64,000 nucleotides of DNA, taken from Isurus oxyrinchus. Lineage: Eukaryota. Under the pieces are notes generated by a model, which saw nothing but the letters and a program-made list of their open reading frames with translations, was not told the DNA's origin and searched no databases. Both the position numbers and the translations under genes were made by a program. The stretch lies in the NCBI GenBank assembly GCA_026770705.1, contig JANJGN010000035.1, forward strand, positions 7,254,001 through 7,318,000, given 5' to 3'. Positions 12,631-25,138 of this stretch are shown here, in pieces (positions within the stretch are counted from its first letter, which is position 1; the number at the start of each line of letters is the position of its first letter).

Positions 12631-12990
12631 CGTGTTTCATGTACAAAAGGCACTGCAAGATTTCAACAATTTTCCTTCCACTGCACCTTCCAATCTCACA
12701 ACCGCTGGCATCTAGAATGACAAGGGCATCACATATTTGGGAGCAGCAACACGTGAAATTTCCCCTCCAAGTTACTAACACCCCTGACTTGGAAATATAT
12801 TGTTGTTCCTTCTCTGTCGCTGCATCATTATCATGTAATCCCCTTCCTTACACTATTGTGGCATATCTACACAACATGGACTAGAGCGGTTAAATAAGGC
12901 CGCTCACCGTCACCTTCCCAAGCACAACAAGGGATGGCTAATAAATTCTGGCTCAGCCAGCGAATCCACGCCTTTGAATTAAGAAATGCC
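12630..12990 (+). mobile_element. CR1-type LINE 3' tail
   Basis: Same 3' region as the 3255-4240 family (tctagaatgacaagggcatca...ggctcagccagcga). Confidence 0.7.
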
Positions 12991-13229
12991 AGTGCCCTGC
13001 TGAATGCAAGACACTTTTCTTTTCAGGAATACATCCATTAGCAACGAATCTCTTTTATGTGTCCATCTGCTACTTTCCTATTCTTGCTCACGTTGCTTTT
13101 ATTACATGTGCTATGAAATTACTTACAAAACCCGTTGTGCAGAACCCTATCAAACAACTTTTGGCAGGCCATGTGCACCACAGCAACAACATTGCCTTAA
13201 GTATTGCCGAATCAGAACAGTAACTACAT

Positions 13230-15810
13230 ATTTTAACCTAATTTAGAAGAAGACGTTACAATGTGAATAAAGGGAGGCAATGCATTAAAATGTACATGAC
13301 GAAGGTAGAAGGAGGTACGATGTGGAAGTGAATACAGATACAAGGCGGGTGACATCATTGTAGAATTTGCCATTGTTTGCAGAATTCTTCAAATGAGTTG
13401 GGAAAGGAAGTGAAAAATCAATATCAGTTTTTAAGAGTTTAGGGCACACTCAAAATGAAGGTAGATGACATAGTTCAAACCGAAGAAGACTGGATCATCA
13501 GGGGACTATAGCTATGAGTGCCCGAAATCCGAGTGAAGAATCGAGAGCAAAAAACGAAGAAAGTGAGGATAATCCAGTTGCCAATAATTAATTTACAGCA
13601 TGCGTCTTTCTCTCAATACACACACACACACACACACACACATATGTATATAAATATATATATATATATATAAATCCACTTGATTTCTTCATGATTGACT
13701 ATAACATCAGTAAGTAATGACAATTTAAGAAAATAACAAGAACAACAAAGACGATGTTTCAAAATTGTACTTTATTTGACTCGTTCTTACATACCCAAAA
13801 TCAGAAACAGAACTACAAGGAGGAAATAACATGAAGTTAAGTTCAATCAAATTAACGTGTCCCGTGTCAGCTAGCTCAGCTCTGACCAAATAATATTGCC
13901 CAATACTGCTTCATAGGTTTCATTATTAAAACAACTGTTTTAACCATGTTGGGTAATTTAATTTTCAAATAGGGACTGACATATTCATAGTGAAAAGGAA
14001 GAAAATGGTTAAACGTTTTTGGAGTTCCATCGTAAACATTTTCTAAAAGAGAATTTGTCCTGTCCAACAAGAAATGAGGCAGTTCAGACGTGCCTCTACG
14101 CAATTTGCTTCACGAATTATGTCAGATGATGAACATGGAGGGGGCAGTAATAATTGTATCATAACATTTGAGTTGACTATTGAAAACGACAGGGCATAAT
14201 TCAGATCAAGAATAATTAAGTGGGAGAAAGACAACAATACTGGGGAGGCAATAGATTTGGGCCTGATGAATTAGAGCCAAGCGTTGGCAAGACAAACTGC
14301 AATGCTTAAAGGGCAACCCCTGTAGACAAGACTTTTCGGGCACAATCCAGGTATTTTCCCATGAAGGCGAAAGTTAAGGCAAATAATTCCAGGCTATACA
14401 TGGTGAGAAAAGAGTTAGATATTAAGATGAAATAACCAACTATGCTTATGACAGATGTCAGCTGAGTTATACAGCGGAGGACCAGACTGAGTATAACAGG
14501 TTCCAAAGGGAAGTAGTTAAAAGCAAACAAAAAAGAAAAATAAACAAATGAAGAATACGACTATATAAACTTAACGGTATCCAATCGTTATCTAGATGTA
14601 TACGACTGTTGACATGTTGGTAAATGAAGGAGTGGAGTAGATTGGCGATTACAAATGAGATTTATGCATGGAGGCAATCAACAGATTTGAAACGTTGAAT
14701 TAATGCTTCGCTTCTTGCTTTATTTGGAAAAAAAATGTTGCGCAGACATTGGTGAATAATGTGTTAACCCAGAAGTCTGTAAGTTTTAAACATGAAAAGG
14801 TTGAGGAACTGCGTAGGCTTACCGAAGGTAAAATAAATAGGTCACCAGGACATGTCGAACTTTGCCTCATGCCACGAAGGAAAGTGAGAGTGTAAATTGC
14901 GGAAGTACAGATGATAAATTTCCGTGCCTTACTTCGAAACAGTTATGATGTGGAGCACTGATGAATTGCAAATAATGCACCATATTCGAATAAGGCTCCA
15001 AATATTTTCCCGGAAACTATATTTGAGCCATTTCACAATCATTGAGGAAAGCTTTACAAAGGATCAGTCAGGGCAAAATTTAACGTTGCTTGGAGCTATG
15101 CGGGTAAATTTAGAAAAAAAAAAGGTCAGCACTGATTTCCCAAGAGAAAATCAGATTGAACAAAATTGTTCATTTTACCTTTGAAGGACTTAGAGAGATG
15201 TTTGTTCAGCGCAATGCTACTGAAACGGTGTACATGAGCGTCAAAAAAAAAAGCTTTTAACTCAGTGTCGCACAACCGAATTGTGGGAACGTTAGTATCC
15301 AAAGTATAAAATGGACTGTAACCAAATGGTGCGAATTGTGCTGTGTGACAGGAAACAAGCAGGCAAACAAAACAAAATCATGGCTGTTTCTCTTGCTGAA
15401 AGAAGGTGCGTAGTGACTTGGCTAGGAGTCTGTGCTGGGGCTCTTGTTCTTCCTGACATCTAGGAATGACAGAAAAGCAAGTGCACAGGGATCAATTTAA
15501 AAATTTCGGATTCTTTCGGAACTTGGAAGCATTCGAACAGTGAGGAGGAGCGCATAGAACTTCAAAATTGTGTGGAGAGTTGTTGCATTGCGTGGAGAAG
15601 AGAGAAATCAAATTCAGTGTGACCTGAAATATTAAGATAAGAAGAGCTCAGGGAAACAGGTTTTTGACTTTAAAGGACTTTTGTTGTGGAACGGATTGTC
15701 GGAGGTCGGTATGGAACATGATTTAAGCCCTTAATTTCATCAATCATAATCCTATTGAATGCTGGAGCAGGCTTGGGAGGAAAGTGCTGAATCCTGCTCC
15801 GATTTCTAAC
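13230..15810 (+). mobile_element. Heavily decayed CR1 LINE (APE-RT-3' tail)
   Basis: Degenerate APE GDFN region ~13945, RT KAF region ~15250, GSVLG-like ~15425, CR1 tail aatgctggagcaggcttgggagg ~15760. Confidence 0.65.
13618..13672. repeat. Compound (AC)n/(TA)n microsatellite
   Basis: About 12 AC units followed by an interrupted TA tract. Confidence 0.95.
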
Positions 15811-16169
15811 TAGCTTATCAATAAAACTAATGATAAATAGTGATTGCATCTTATGCATGATAATCGGCGCAGCAAATGTGTGAAAGAGGAAACGTTGAAA
15901 CAGCATTCACGAAATGTCAAGGCACCATTTTCACATTTCAAGTGACCACAGCCGACGCTAATTGCTGTTAAAGGAAATCCCAGAGGGGAATTTGACTTAC
16001 TAGCCCTGACCTTTTTTAATTCGGAAAACGTGATAAAGATGTATCGAATCAAGCAGGATGAGGTCCAGTAACTCATTTGTGTTTTGTAAAAAAATATCGG
16101 TAATCGTTTTATTAAGAAGAGTGAAAGAATAATTAAGCACTCAGACTACAATTAAACATTTAACCGTAG

Positions 16170-16450
16170 TCTTACACAATATTCCCCCAAAGGTCTTTTT
16201 GCTTGCTGAGACCCACAAGCAAACACTTACAGGCAGCGCTACATTATGGATGTTAAATATCAAATCAATCAGTCAATATTTCACAGGACAAACTGCTGTA
16301 GCTTCAACAAAGGCAAACCTCATGACCTCTGTTCTCTTCTATTTTGCAGTGGAACCCATTACACGATTAAACTGCTTGTGGCAGCACAAAGCGTTTCTGG
16401 CTTGACTGGATGGTTGGTTCAAACGACATCCTGTCCCGGCACAGAGCTCT
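16170..16450 (+). pseudogene. Decayed Ig C1-set constant exon (light-chain-C-like)
   Basis: Phase-1 acceptor ccgtag|TC in frame with PPKVFLLAETHKQTLTGSATL; (+1) GC*ISN-QSVNISQDK; MTSVL; QWNPLHD*(fs)CLWQHKA. Spacing matches PSVxLxPP..EQ..G.ATLxC and W..Y.C.V.H of Ig CL. Confidence 0.65.
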
Positions 16451-16509
16451 AGTTATGACCAACTGCTCAAACATCTCCCGCTATCGTTCTAGCATAGGTC
16501 CTCCAAATG

Positions 16510-16580
16510 AACTCAAAAATTCTTCTCTGCCAATGCTGCGAGACCTGCTGAGTTTTTCCAGGTAATTCTATTTTTGTTTT
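16510..16580. repeat. Truncated copy of the 5259/61631 element end
   Basis: atgctgcgagacctgctgagtttttccaggtaattctatttttgtttt is nearly identical to 61791-61836. Confidence 0.75.
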
Positions 16581-18558
16581 AAACTCAAAAATACATTTTT
16601 TACCCTTCTGTCTCTGATTGAATGCTCTCACATATCTATAAACTTCAAATACTTCCAAATATAAAATTTTTCATGTTTTAATTTTGTCTTTTCCATCGGG
16701 TCGACAAAATATAATTACAATACTCTTTACCTATAGAACTCCTGTAAGTTTCAGAAAATTTATTCCTTTTTACAACTACTCCCCTTTGATATTCAAACAC
16801 TCAACTAAAATGAAAACGCAAATGTTAGATCTAACTGATTTACTTGTATCCCAAAGTAAACATCTCTAACATTTTTCATGTTTCAAATCTCCATACAAGC
16901 TGAATCCAATTTTATACTGTGCAGCTTAATTAAATATTACCTATACATCAATCCACCCACCCAAATACACAAGACACAATATCCAGACACACACGTACAC
17001 ATATTTACAGAACAGCTAAATCTTCCTCAAATGATGTGTTAAAGGTAACATCCATTCTCACACAACACATATTTTCCATACAATTGAAATTTGATTTCAG
17101 TAATTCCATATCGTAGTTAGGCAAGTGTCAGTGCTATTTAATGGGAATTGCATATCTTAAAGGACTTAGGTAACTTTTGCAATCACCTTATTCCATTACG
17201 CCTGAGAAGGCGAATTTGGTCCCATTGAATTGACTGTCCGCATTATAAGTATTGTTTAAGGTATTTGGAGCTTATCTTAACTTGAAGCGGGAGAATAATT
17301 ACTGGAAATGTTGCAGCTGCACTAAACTGTATGGCAAAGCTTTCAGCTTGATTAACATTCGATCCGCACAGCTTAACTAACCTTTTCTTACACAGGTGCC
17401 CTGTGGCTACAATTATTATTATCTAAAACATTTGACCTCGATTTCTTAATCAACACTTGCAAGAATGGACCCAAAGCAACAAATAAGCTGCTTCAAGAAA
17501 ACAACTTGCACTCTTTCCCATTCAAATTACAAACCATGCCCAACTGGAAAAGGGTATTTTTGGCACTCTAACGTAGTTCACTTCGCACTCAAAAACTCAC
17601 TGCTAAAAAAACAACCTCAGCCAACAATGGGCGATAATCGTTCAAGAAGTATAGCGAATTTAAGACTGGGTGATACTGTAAATTAGCTGCTAGCGGTCAA
17701 TAGTGAGCCCCACTGCAATATAGTCTCCATGGCTGTAAAACACGCAAGACATTTTTAACCCGCATAATATGTATTCAATAAATGGTTTTGATCTGTGAGC
17801 AAATATAAAGATATGGCCTTCTTCATGAAGCACATGCCTAAATGAAGACTTATAAACAACAGAAATGGTCAGAAAAAAGAGGAGAGATGGTCTGGACAGA
17901 TGCAGAAGCATGTAAAAATAATACTCTTTGACTCATCATGATGCTTTGGATGTCGGGAGAAGAGTTAAAATCTATATTTAAAGGAATTTACACGCTGATA
18001 TTTTTGAACTGAAAATTACTTCTGCATCAATTGAAGGCAACGAAAAAGGAAGTTAAGTACGGGATTTTCTCATGCCAAGTGGGAAAAAAAGACCGAAGAA
18101 AAGAAGGTTTGGTTAAAAAAAAATAATGGCCAAAGTTTAGATGTAGGAAATGCGGGTATCAGATCTTCAAAGTGCCTCCTAATTATAACTTGATAGAAAG
18201 GAAGAAAGGCTTGCGGACCAAATAGTCATGCCACCAAACCTTATTGTTTTGCACTTATTAGAACAAACACTAGGCTGTAAGAGTAAATAAAGATGATTGA
18301 CTGGCAAGTTCACTATGATTGATAAAAGTTTTGCTATGGAGATTGTACATGTTAAACATTGCCCACAGTTGTTTCAGTTAATTCAGGCATTGCGCATTTT
18401 TAGAATTAAGCTGATGTGTTAGATGAAAAGCTACCTTTAGACAAAAGTGTCAAGTAGCAATTTCGAAGCAGGCACACTTCATGCATTTTTTCCCCCATAA
18501 TCTTTTCTGCAAATAAAGAAAATGGGGGACTCGTTGAACCGGAGGCTGATCAAATAGT

Positions 18559-18795
18559 GTGCTTTTGACACAACAGCCTAATGTGAATAATGCTTTCACT
18601 AGATCATTATGAATCAAAACAATGGAAACACAATTAAGTTACTGCTTTTTGGGTTAAACAAATGCCAATTCCTTTGCTGAGGATAACCCTTACCGTACAA
18701 AATTCATTTTTTTTAATAAAAACGTGCGCTGTTTGATTTCCTTTGCACGAGTTCACTACGTTAATCCATTTAACTTTGCACTTATGCAATGCTAT
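18559..18795 (+). pseudogene. Decayed Ig/TCR-type V-domain exon
   Basis: VLLTQQP (FR1), WVKQMP (FR2, W at 18650), VNPFNFALMQC (cf. LQPEDFATYYC, C at 18790); frameshifts between motifs; first Cys lost. Confidence 0.5.
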
Positions 18796-19439
18796 AAACG
18801 TGAAAAGGCAGGAAACGTTCAATGTCGCTAGCTTAAATTAAAGGAATGTTATACTGATATGAGAAAGCACTGCCTTTGCAAAACGTAGATCAAAGGTTAC
18901 AATGACAATGATTGTCTAATGTTGGTTTCACTACCTGAATCTTTAGACCAAAGTTGTATACTTTGTCTTGCTGTCAGCAAAATGGTGCAAGTGAGGCATT
19001 AATTGCAGCAGAACACGAAAACATTAATATGATTATGATTAGAACACATGACCCATAGAACCTGCTCCGCAAGTCATTACTATGGCTGAACTTTGCTTTC
19101 CAGTAACTCGGTATTCACCCCTGCTCCTCAAATATTTGATTTCCCAATGGAACCAAAATACTGCGCATCAGAGTGAAGTGGATTCAGCGATGGGGCATCC
19201 ATAAAACATTTGAGTAATTAACATATTTTCACATTGAAGCAATGTTATAGTTTGAGGTAAGAAACGGAACCAGGTAAACAATCAACAAAATATTCCTTGA
19301 GCAGACAAGTTATGTTTGCTAAACCTGAATACTAAACTTTCAAAATATGGACCCATATGAAACTTTGGTGAATCTGGCCATATTTTTTTGCCTTCGACAC
19401 TTAGGCATTAACTTCAAATGCATCAATGATAACCGGCAT

Positions 19440-21080
19440 TATCATTTTATTCACTGCTCTCTAAACAACGCAGAAAAGGGTGGAAAATGTTTTAATAATT
19501 AATTTATCATATTGCACCGTGCACGATGTTCCATTCGAGCAATTGGCCCTTTCAATACAGATTTATTTTCCAAGTTTGCGAAAAATAAATTTTCCATGCT
19601 GTTTTAATTCAGCCTTATAACATCATGTCATTTGCTTCAAACTTAGTTTAAGATGAATAGTGGCTACATTGCTTTTAATTTTCCAAACATGCTTCGTTCT
19701 GGATTGCCTACAATTTTGCAAAAAAAACGGCAAAAGTAGAACAACTATTCAAGAAATTTGAATCAAAGGAAGGCCAGTTAACCATGGACTTCTGATGGTA
19801 AAAAGAAATGTTAGAATGGAAAAAAACAGGACAGTTAGAACACTGTTATAAAAACGAACACAATCAAAATGGTCATCTGAAAGAGAAGTCGTTTTTTTCT
19901 GTATTTGTTAAGGTTTTTTTTAAGAGTGCAACGAGCAAGGCAGATGAATTGCAACCAGTAAATACAGTGGATTTTGATATGTAAGACACAACTGAAAAGT
20001 TGCAACCTAAAAAGGTTTCCGCATGACGGAAAATGTCCAGGAGTCGGAAGTGACATGTTAGCATGGCTATACGATTGGCTAACTAACAGGGAAAAGAAAA
20101 GCAGTCGGGATGAATGGTAATTTTAGATTAGGAAGAGTAACTAATCGATTACCACATGCAACAACGCTGGGACCTAAAATAATTACAATCAATATGTATT
20201 AACTGCATAGAAAGGCCATGGAGATTAGAACCTAGTTTTCTGATGAAACAGCGGAAGGTATACAAATCAAGAGGAGAGTAGGTCAAACATTTAAGAGAGG
20301 GAGCATAATGTTGGGAATTGCGAGGCTGGCCCCTTTGGCATGAAGACTGGAAGTTCAAAGTATTACTGAAATGAGAGGGCCTGCAAAACGCACAAGTAGA
20401 ACGGGGTACGAATACATTTAATCCAGAAGTTAGCATAGAGGCAGTTCTGACAGTAAAATAAAAAATCTTGGTTTTCAGAAGAATAGCAGGTGGAGAAGAA
20501 TTGGTACCACTGTACGGAATGGAATTGTATTGGAATGATGGTACTATATGCAATTTCAATTTCCCTCCATAAGAATGGATACTGTATGTTGCTTTGGGAA
20601 TAGTTGAGAGAAAGTTCACTAGGCTTATTTCAGGTTTGGAATGATTTTCTTTTGAGAAAAGCCTAACGAAATTTTGCCTTAACATATTCGAGATTAGAAG
20701 AATGAGCTGTGAACTTACTGAAACATATACAATTCATTGGGATCTTCACAGGGTAATTATTGAGAGAATGCACCTCTTCATGTGGAGAACCACGGATTGG
20801 GGTTGGGCCCAGTTTGAACATAAACATACACCCAAGTGAGATGTGGATGAGAAGGAGATTCTGATCACAGACTTATTCGTCTTTGGAATGCTCTGGCCCA
20901 GAGAATAATGGAGTTTATGTCATTGACTGTATTCACTGATGAGCTTGGCATTGTTTTCATCAACAGGGAGGCATTACTATGGAGGCAGGGAAGAATGCAG
21001 AGAAAAGGCCACAATCAGAAAAGTCATTATCTTATTGAATAGCAGAGCAAGCTTGGCCTATGCAAGTACTACTTCTGCCA
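19440..21080 (+). mobile_element. Decayed CR1 LINE (RT to 3' tail)
   Basis: Degenerate RT (atggctatacgattggctaactaacaggg; gagagaaagttcactaggcttatt; gagattagaagaatgag) and tail cttattgaatagcagagcaagc. Confidence 0.75.
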
Positions 21081-21250
21081 AAAAATAATATTCAGTTGTG
21101 AATTTAAGATCAATAAAATTAGCTGGAATGAAAAATGGATGGGTTGTCATGAGTCACTGTGTCACGTTACACTTTCACCGTTTTTCTTATCTAGTTATAT
21201 GCTGAGGGTAGGTTATCACCACCTTGATATTTTTTACATTGTTGATTTAC

Positions 21251-21346
21251 CAAAGATATAATCTCCATAAAAAAGCACATTTTCCCAAGTCCAAGGAATA
21301 ATGTAATATGCAATATGGGTATATACGCACTTAATTGGTAAGCACT
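21251..21346 (-). pseudogene. Candidate TCR-like transmembrane exon with Lys
   Basis: Acceptor aatacag, donor gtaaat; frames give IAYYII / LGLGK / VLFYG, resembling the Y..LL.K...YG motif of TCR beta/gamma TM. Confidence 0.3.
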
Positions 21347-22165
21347 CTGTATTAATGAAAACTGATCACAGATTATTTGGTCAAACATATTACAACAGCA
21401 TGATTCGACAGTGACGCCAACAAAGTACCCTCGATGAAAGGTCAAACGCAGGGGAAGTTGGAAATCAGGAATTAAAATGTAAGATGCGTGAATTACTCAA
21501 CAGATTTTAAAGAAGTTGTCGCAAAAAAATGCAATACTTTAGGCCTGTTTCGTTTCAACTGACTGGGAAAGTTGGAAACGTTAATGAAACAGCAGAGATG
21601 ACTTTGTGAAAATCAGTTGTGTGGTGGCTGAACGTGGGTTACTATTTGGAAGCGCACTTGCAGTGCCAAGGCATTTAAGGTTATCAGCATACTGATAGAA
21701 AGTCGGATTAGAATGGTTAGGTAGCTGTTTGACCAGGGCAGACACAATGGTCCTAATGGCATTTATTCTGTGTTGTTAATCCCTATGACTCTGCCACTCT
21801 TTTGTTGCAGAAGTGGGTGAATGGTGAAAGGGGAGCGGGTGGTCGTGGTGTGGCTGGGCGGTCCTTGGGTGGGGGAATTGTGGTTGGAGAATATTGTATT
21901 CTGGTAAATAGCAGAAGCGATGTTAGAGAACAAATTATTTCATGGCTCACTTGCCAAACATATGCCAATCAGCTGTGCAAGTGAAGAAAAAATGCATCTC
22001 CTGTCCATGCAAAGGGAGGGGCAGCTTGTCGCAGGATGCAGCATAAATAAGTTCAAAGGGTGTGATGGTAAAGAAGAAAAACTGCAAAGGAAAGAAAAAC
22101 AAAACAAAAAAAGTGTCACGGTGATTGTTTATAATTTTGGAGCTCCAAATCAGCAAATTTCTCAT

Positions 22166-22491
22166 TCGAAACATGAGGTGTTGTTCCTCCAGTTTGTTTT
22201 AAAGTTTGACACAGGCCAATAACAGGAATGTCAGAATGGGGCCAATGCGGACAATTCAGTTTCCAGCAACTGGAAACCTCTGAGCGCACGAGAAGTTTGA
22301 ATTTTGGTGTTGTGCCGCGTGATTTGCTTTCATCCTTCGTCATTACCCAATTCACTGTAGCGTTCCAGTTAGGGTACAGGAATGTATAGTTACACATAGG
22401 CAACACTGTAGATTTAAGACACTTGCTCAGGAAAGAGAGCCACAAGGTTACGTGGATTTTGAAGGATCAAAAATAAACTTTGCTATTCACG
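22166..22491 (-). pseudogene. Decayed V-J type IgSF exon (NKp30/TCR-like, apparently non-rearranging)
   Basis: Acceptor tgtctttcacag; one open frame holds STVLPMCNYTF...TVNW (C to W 15), KF, LNCPHWPHSD (LxIxxLxxxD), C, then GGTTPHVS (J-like GxGTxLxV); donor appears mutated (atgaga). Confidence 0.5.
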
Positions 22492-22742
22492 CTGTGAAAG
22501 ACACAACAATTGTGAGCAATCCATCACCTACCTGAAACATTCTTTTTCTATTCGTGGTGGGGCAAGGTTGCAGATGTGTGGGGACAGGGAGCTGGGGGTG
22601 CTGGATGATGTGTGGTGGAGATGTGTCGAAATTCATTCAATGTTGAGAAAGAAAGTCGGGAACCATGGTCCCCGACAGACCCTGAATTTTCTGCGCATGC
22701 GTATCATGCGCATGCATGTTATGTTCTAATATTCATGGTTAC

Positions 22743-22802
22743 TCTTAGGTACAGAAGAACGAACAGGCAAACAGTGATTGGGCATATCACGCGACACAAC
22801 AT
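22743..22802 (-). pseudogene. Candidate leader exon for the V-J exon
   Basis: ATG at 22802: MLCRVICPITVCLFVLLYLR then gtaacc, ~250 bp upstream of the V acceptor; phase 0 rather than the usual phase 1. Confidence 0.35.
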
Positions 22803-23045
22803 ATGAAAGAACTTAGAAGAGAAGATTTAATGTGTTTCTGAGCATCTCACTTAGACGGTAGTCACATTGTGAGTCACAAAATCTCACTGAAAATCCATCA
22901 CTTTCAGGAGGATGTAGAATTCACACTTTGGAATTTCTCGCCATTCATATCTCTGCAAAAGTCCCTTTGGCTCGGATCGCTGCATTGGTGTCCAACCTTG
23001 TAGGTTTTCCAACTCGACTTCCATGATTCTGTTCCACTGTTACAC

Positions 23046-23660
23046 TTAAATATCAACATAGTAGCATAATTTCAGCACTTTGTCGATGCCAAGGAGAAAA
23101 TAATGGTTCAAAATGGTACGTTCATTCAATGGCCCGCAGCGTGGGTCACCAAACTTCAACTGCCTTCTTATTTGGCCTCTTTCATTCGCAGCCATGGATG
23201 GTGTCAACAAGTGGTCACCTCGTAGTGTTTCAGTATTTCCTTCCGATACTCCATGCCCCATGATTCACGGGTGTGCACCGCTTCCTTATATCCTGCTGGC
23301 CAAAAGCAACTAGCACGGGGTCGCATGGCGTTGGCTTTCGCTCTCTTCTTCTTTCACATGCACGTAAGCTTTGGCCTGGGACTGAATGACGAAACAATGT
23401 AGAACAGCGTATGTGTCGCAACTCCAGATCTGGCTTCGGGGGGAATCTTCAATGTCGTTCTGGGATGGTTTTTCTCGAACTTGGTGCTCAACAGAGTATG
23501 AATTTCCTAATAATACCAGCACCCGTCACCCTGGCGACCCTTGCCGCATCCATCTGCTACCAAGCCCCACCACGTTTGGAAGAAAGATTGTTTCCCGACG
23601 GTGACTGATTGTTCACGGTGATTTTATAAATTCCTCAAAGATACTTAACATTACCAATGT
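23046..23660 (-). pseudogene. Decayed intron-less V + C1 IgSF gene (B7-H6/tapasin/SIRP-like architecture)
   Basis: Acceptor tttgttag; KSP*TIS..ETIFLP; WYY...ARSGVATHTLFYI...TC (cf. SGDASLxLxxI, W to C 52); then RASCFWP(+1)QDIRKRC (cf. CxASGFYPxDIxVxW), HYEVTT, SLVTHAA (CxVxH); hydrophobic tail YFLLGIDKVLKL. Confidence 0.45.
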
Positions 23661-25138
23661 CTAACAAATATCATATGATATAACCATTACATTTTGCTCG
23701 ATATTTACACAAATAATATTATGCATTTACAACGTTGAAGCAAAACAAAACTCAGTACATACAATAAATAGTTTCCTAGGATTTAAATATCCCAGTGTTG
23801 ATGTAATTGAAATCTGTCTTTTCCTCTGCAACCTTTCTTAAAAATCTGGATATAACACCAACGGATGTTCTTTTTTTTGAACAGAAGCTCTTTGTGGTCA
23901 AGTAAAGGACTTGAAGATACGTTGAAGCTCTCTTTAGGTAAATCTTCAGCAGCTTAATTTCTACTTTATAATATTGGTGGTGCTTTTCATCCCCTTTTCA
24001 AATATGGATGCAAATTAATCTCACTATTTATAAAAAAAAACATCTTTCACATAGTTTTCTTAACTTTAACACAGGAGAACGTGTTTTTCATTTGTTTTAC
24101 ACTTCTTCTCTGTTAAAGGTAACATGTCTTCAATTCTTCCACTATGTTTGCGAAAGAAATGGTAGATTTCTGATTGACAACCAGTTTCAAAATAAGTTTT
24201 CTCAATTGTTTCTCGACAACAGTCCTTTACTTTGCATTGCTGTGATCAGCGCTGGACGACGAAGCGTGCACTAAGGGTGTTTTATCTCTTTATTCAACGC
24301 ATTTTATAACTTATTCGGGTAATATGTTCCAGAATATTTCACAAGAACATATTCTTCCCGTCGATGTTTCTAAAACAACCTTCCATCTCCATTTTTCACA
24401 GTTTTATCATTTTTCACAGTATTTTTTGTTATATTATCAAGTTTTTTTTAAGCTGATTTACTCTTTTAAACTACTTCTCAAACACTACTGAATCCAGATA
24501 TAATTTTCTCCTTTCCCTGTCATGATTTACAGTCTTATCAACTTCACAAGGGCATTCGGTTCATTTACAAATGGTTCTTGCATGGTTGTTGACTGTCCTT
24601 AGACTTATCCAATTAACTCGATAGTTCCCAGATTTATCACTTAAAAAATCCTCATTCTGTTTTTAGGTCAGTGTTTTGTCTGTCACAACATACATCTCAG
24701 ATTTATTTTCTTCAGATTGAAACGAATTTAAGAATCTCATTGCTCTTTTCACGACCAAGTTCCAACAGTTCATCCGTTTTGATTTTTAAATTGGCACTAA
24801 ACTGTTCTAGCTTCAGCCGCTCCGTTTAATTTATTGCGATATTAAATGATACTTAACTAAATTTATCTGATATTGAAAACTGATCAAATGTAGCTTAAAC
24901 CCTATCTTTGATTAACTAATTCTACATGATTATCGCCTTTCACAATTCTTTTATATTGCTCATTTGGTTCTTGTACTTCCTGTGATCGAAACTTAAGTGC
25001 TCTTATTTTTTCACTTTTTCATTAGCAAACTCAGCTTTTGTCTGTGCAAATTCGTTTTTTACACTGATTGCCAGAACAAAATTCTGCACGTCACCTTTGA
25101 CATTCGCACTTTTCAGATCACGTTTTTTCCCGATTCTA

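Noticed and set aside
15810-16076. Minus ORF with C1-like GFPLTAISVGC...FNVSS
   Set aside because: Overlaps a more coherent plus-strand V-J reading next to the C exon; shows how easily such motifs are over-fitted
16590-17690. Possible solo LTRs (also 46550-47480)
   Set aside because: Composition is suggestive, but TG..CA ends and TSDs could not be identified
20149-20685. 178-aa minus ORF
   Set aside because: Antisense of CR1 RT sequence
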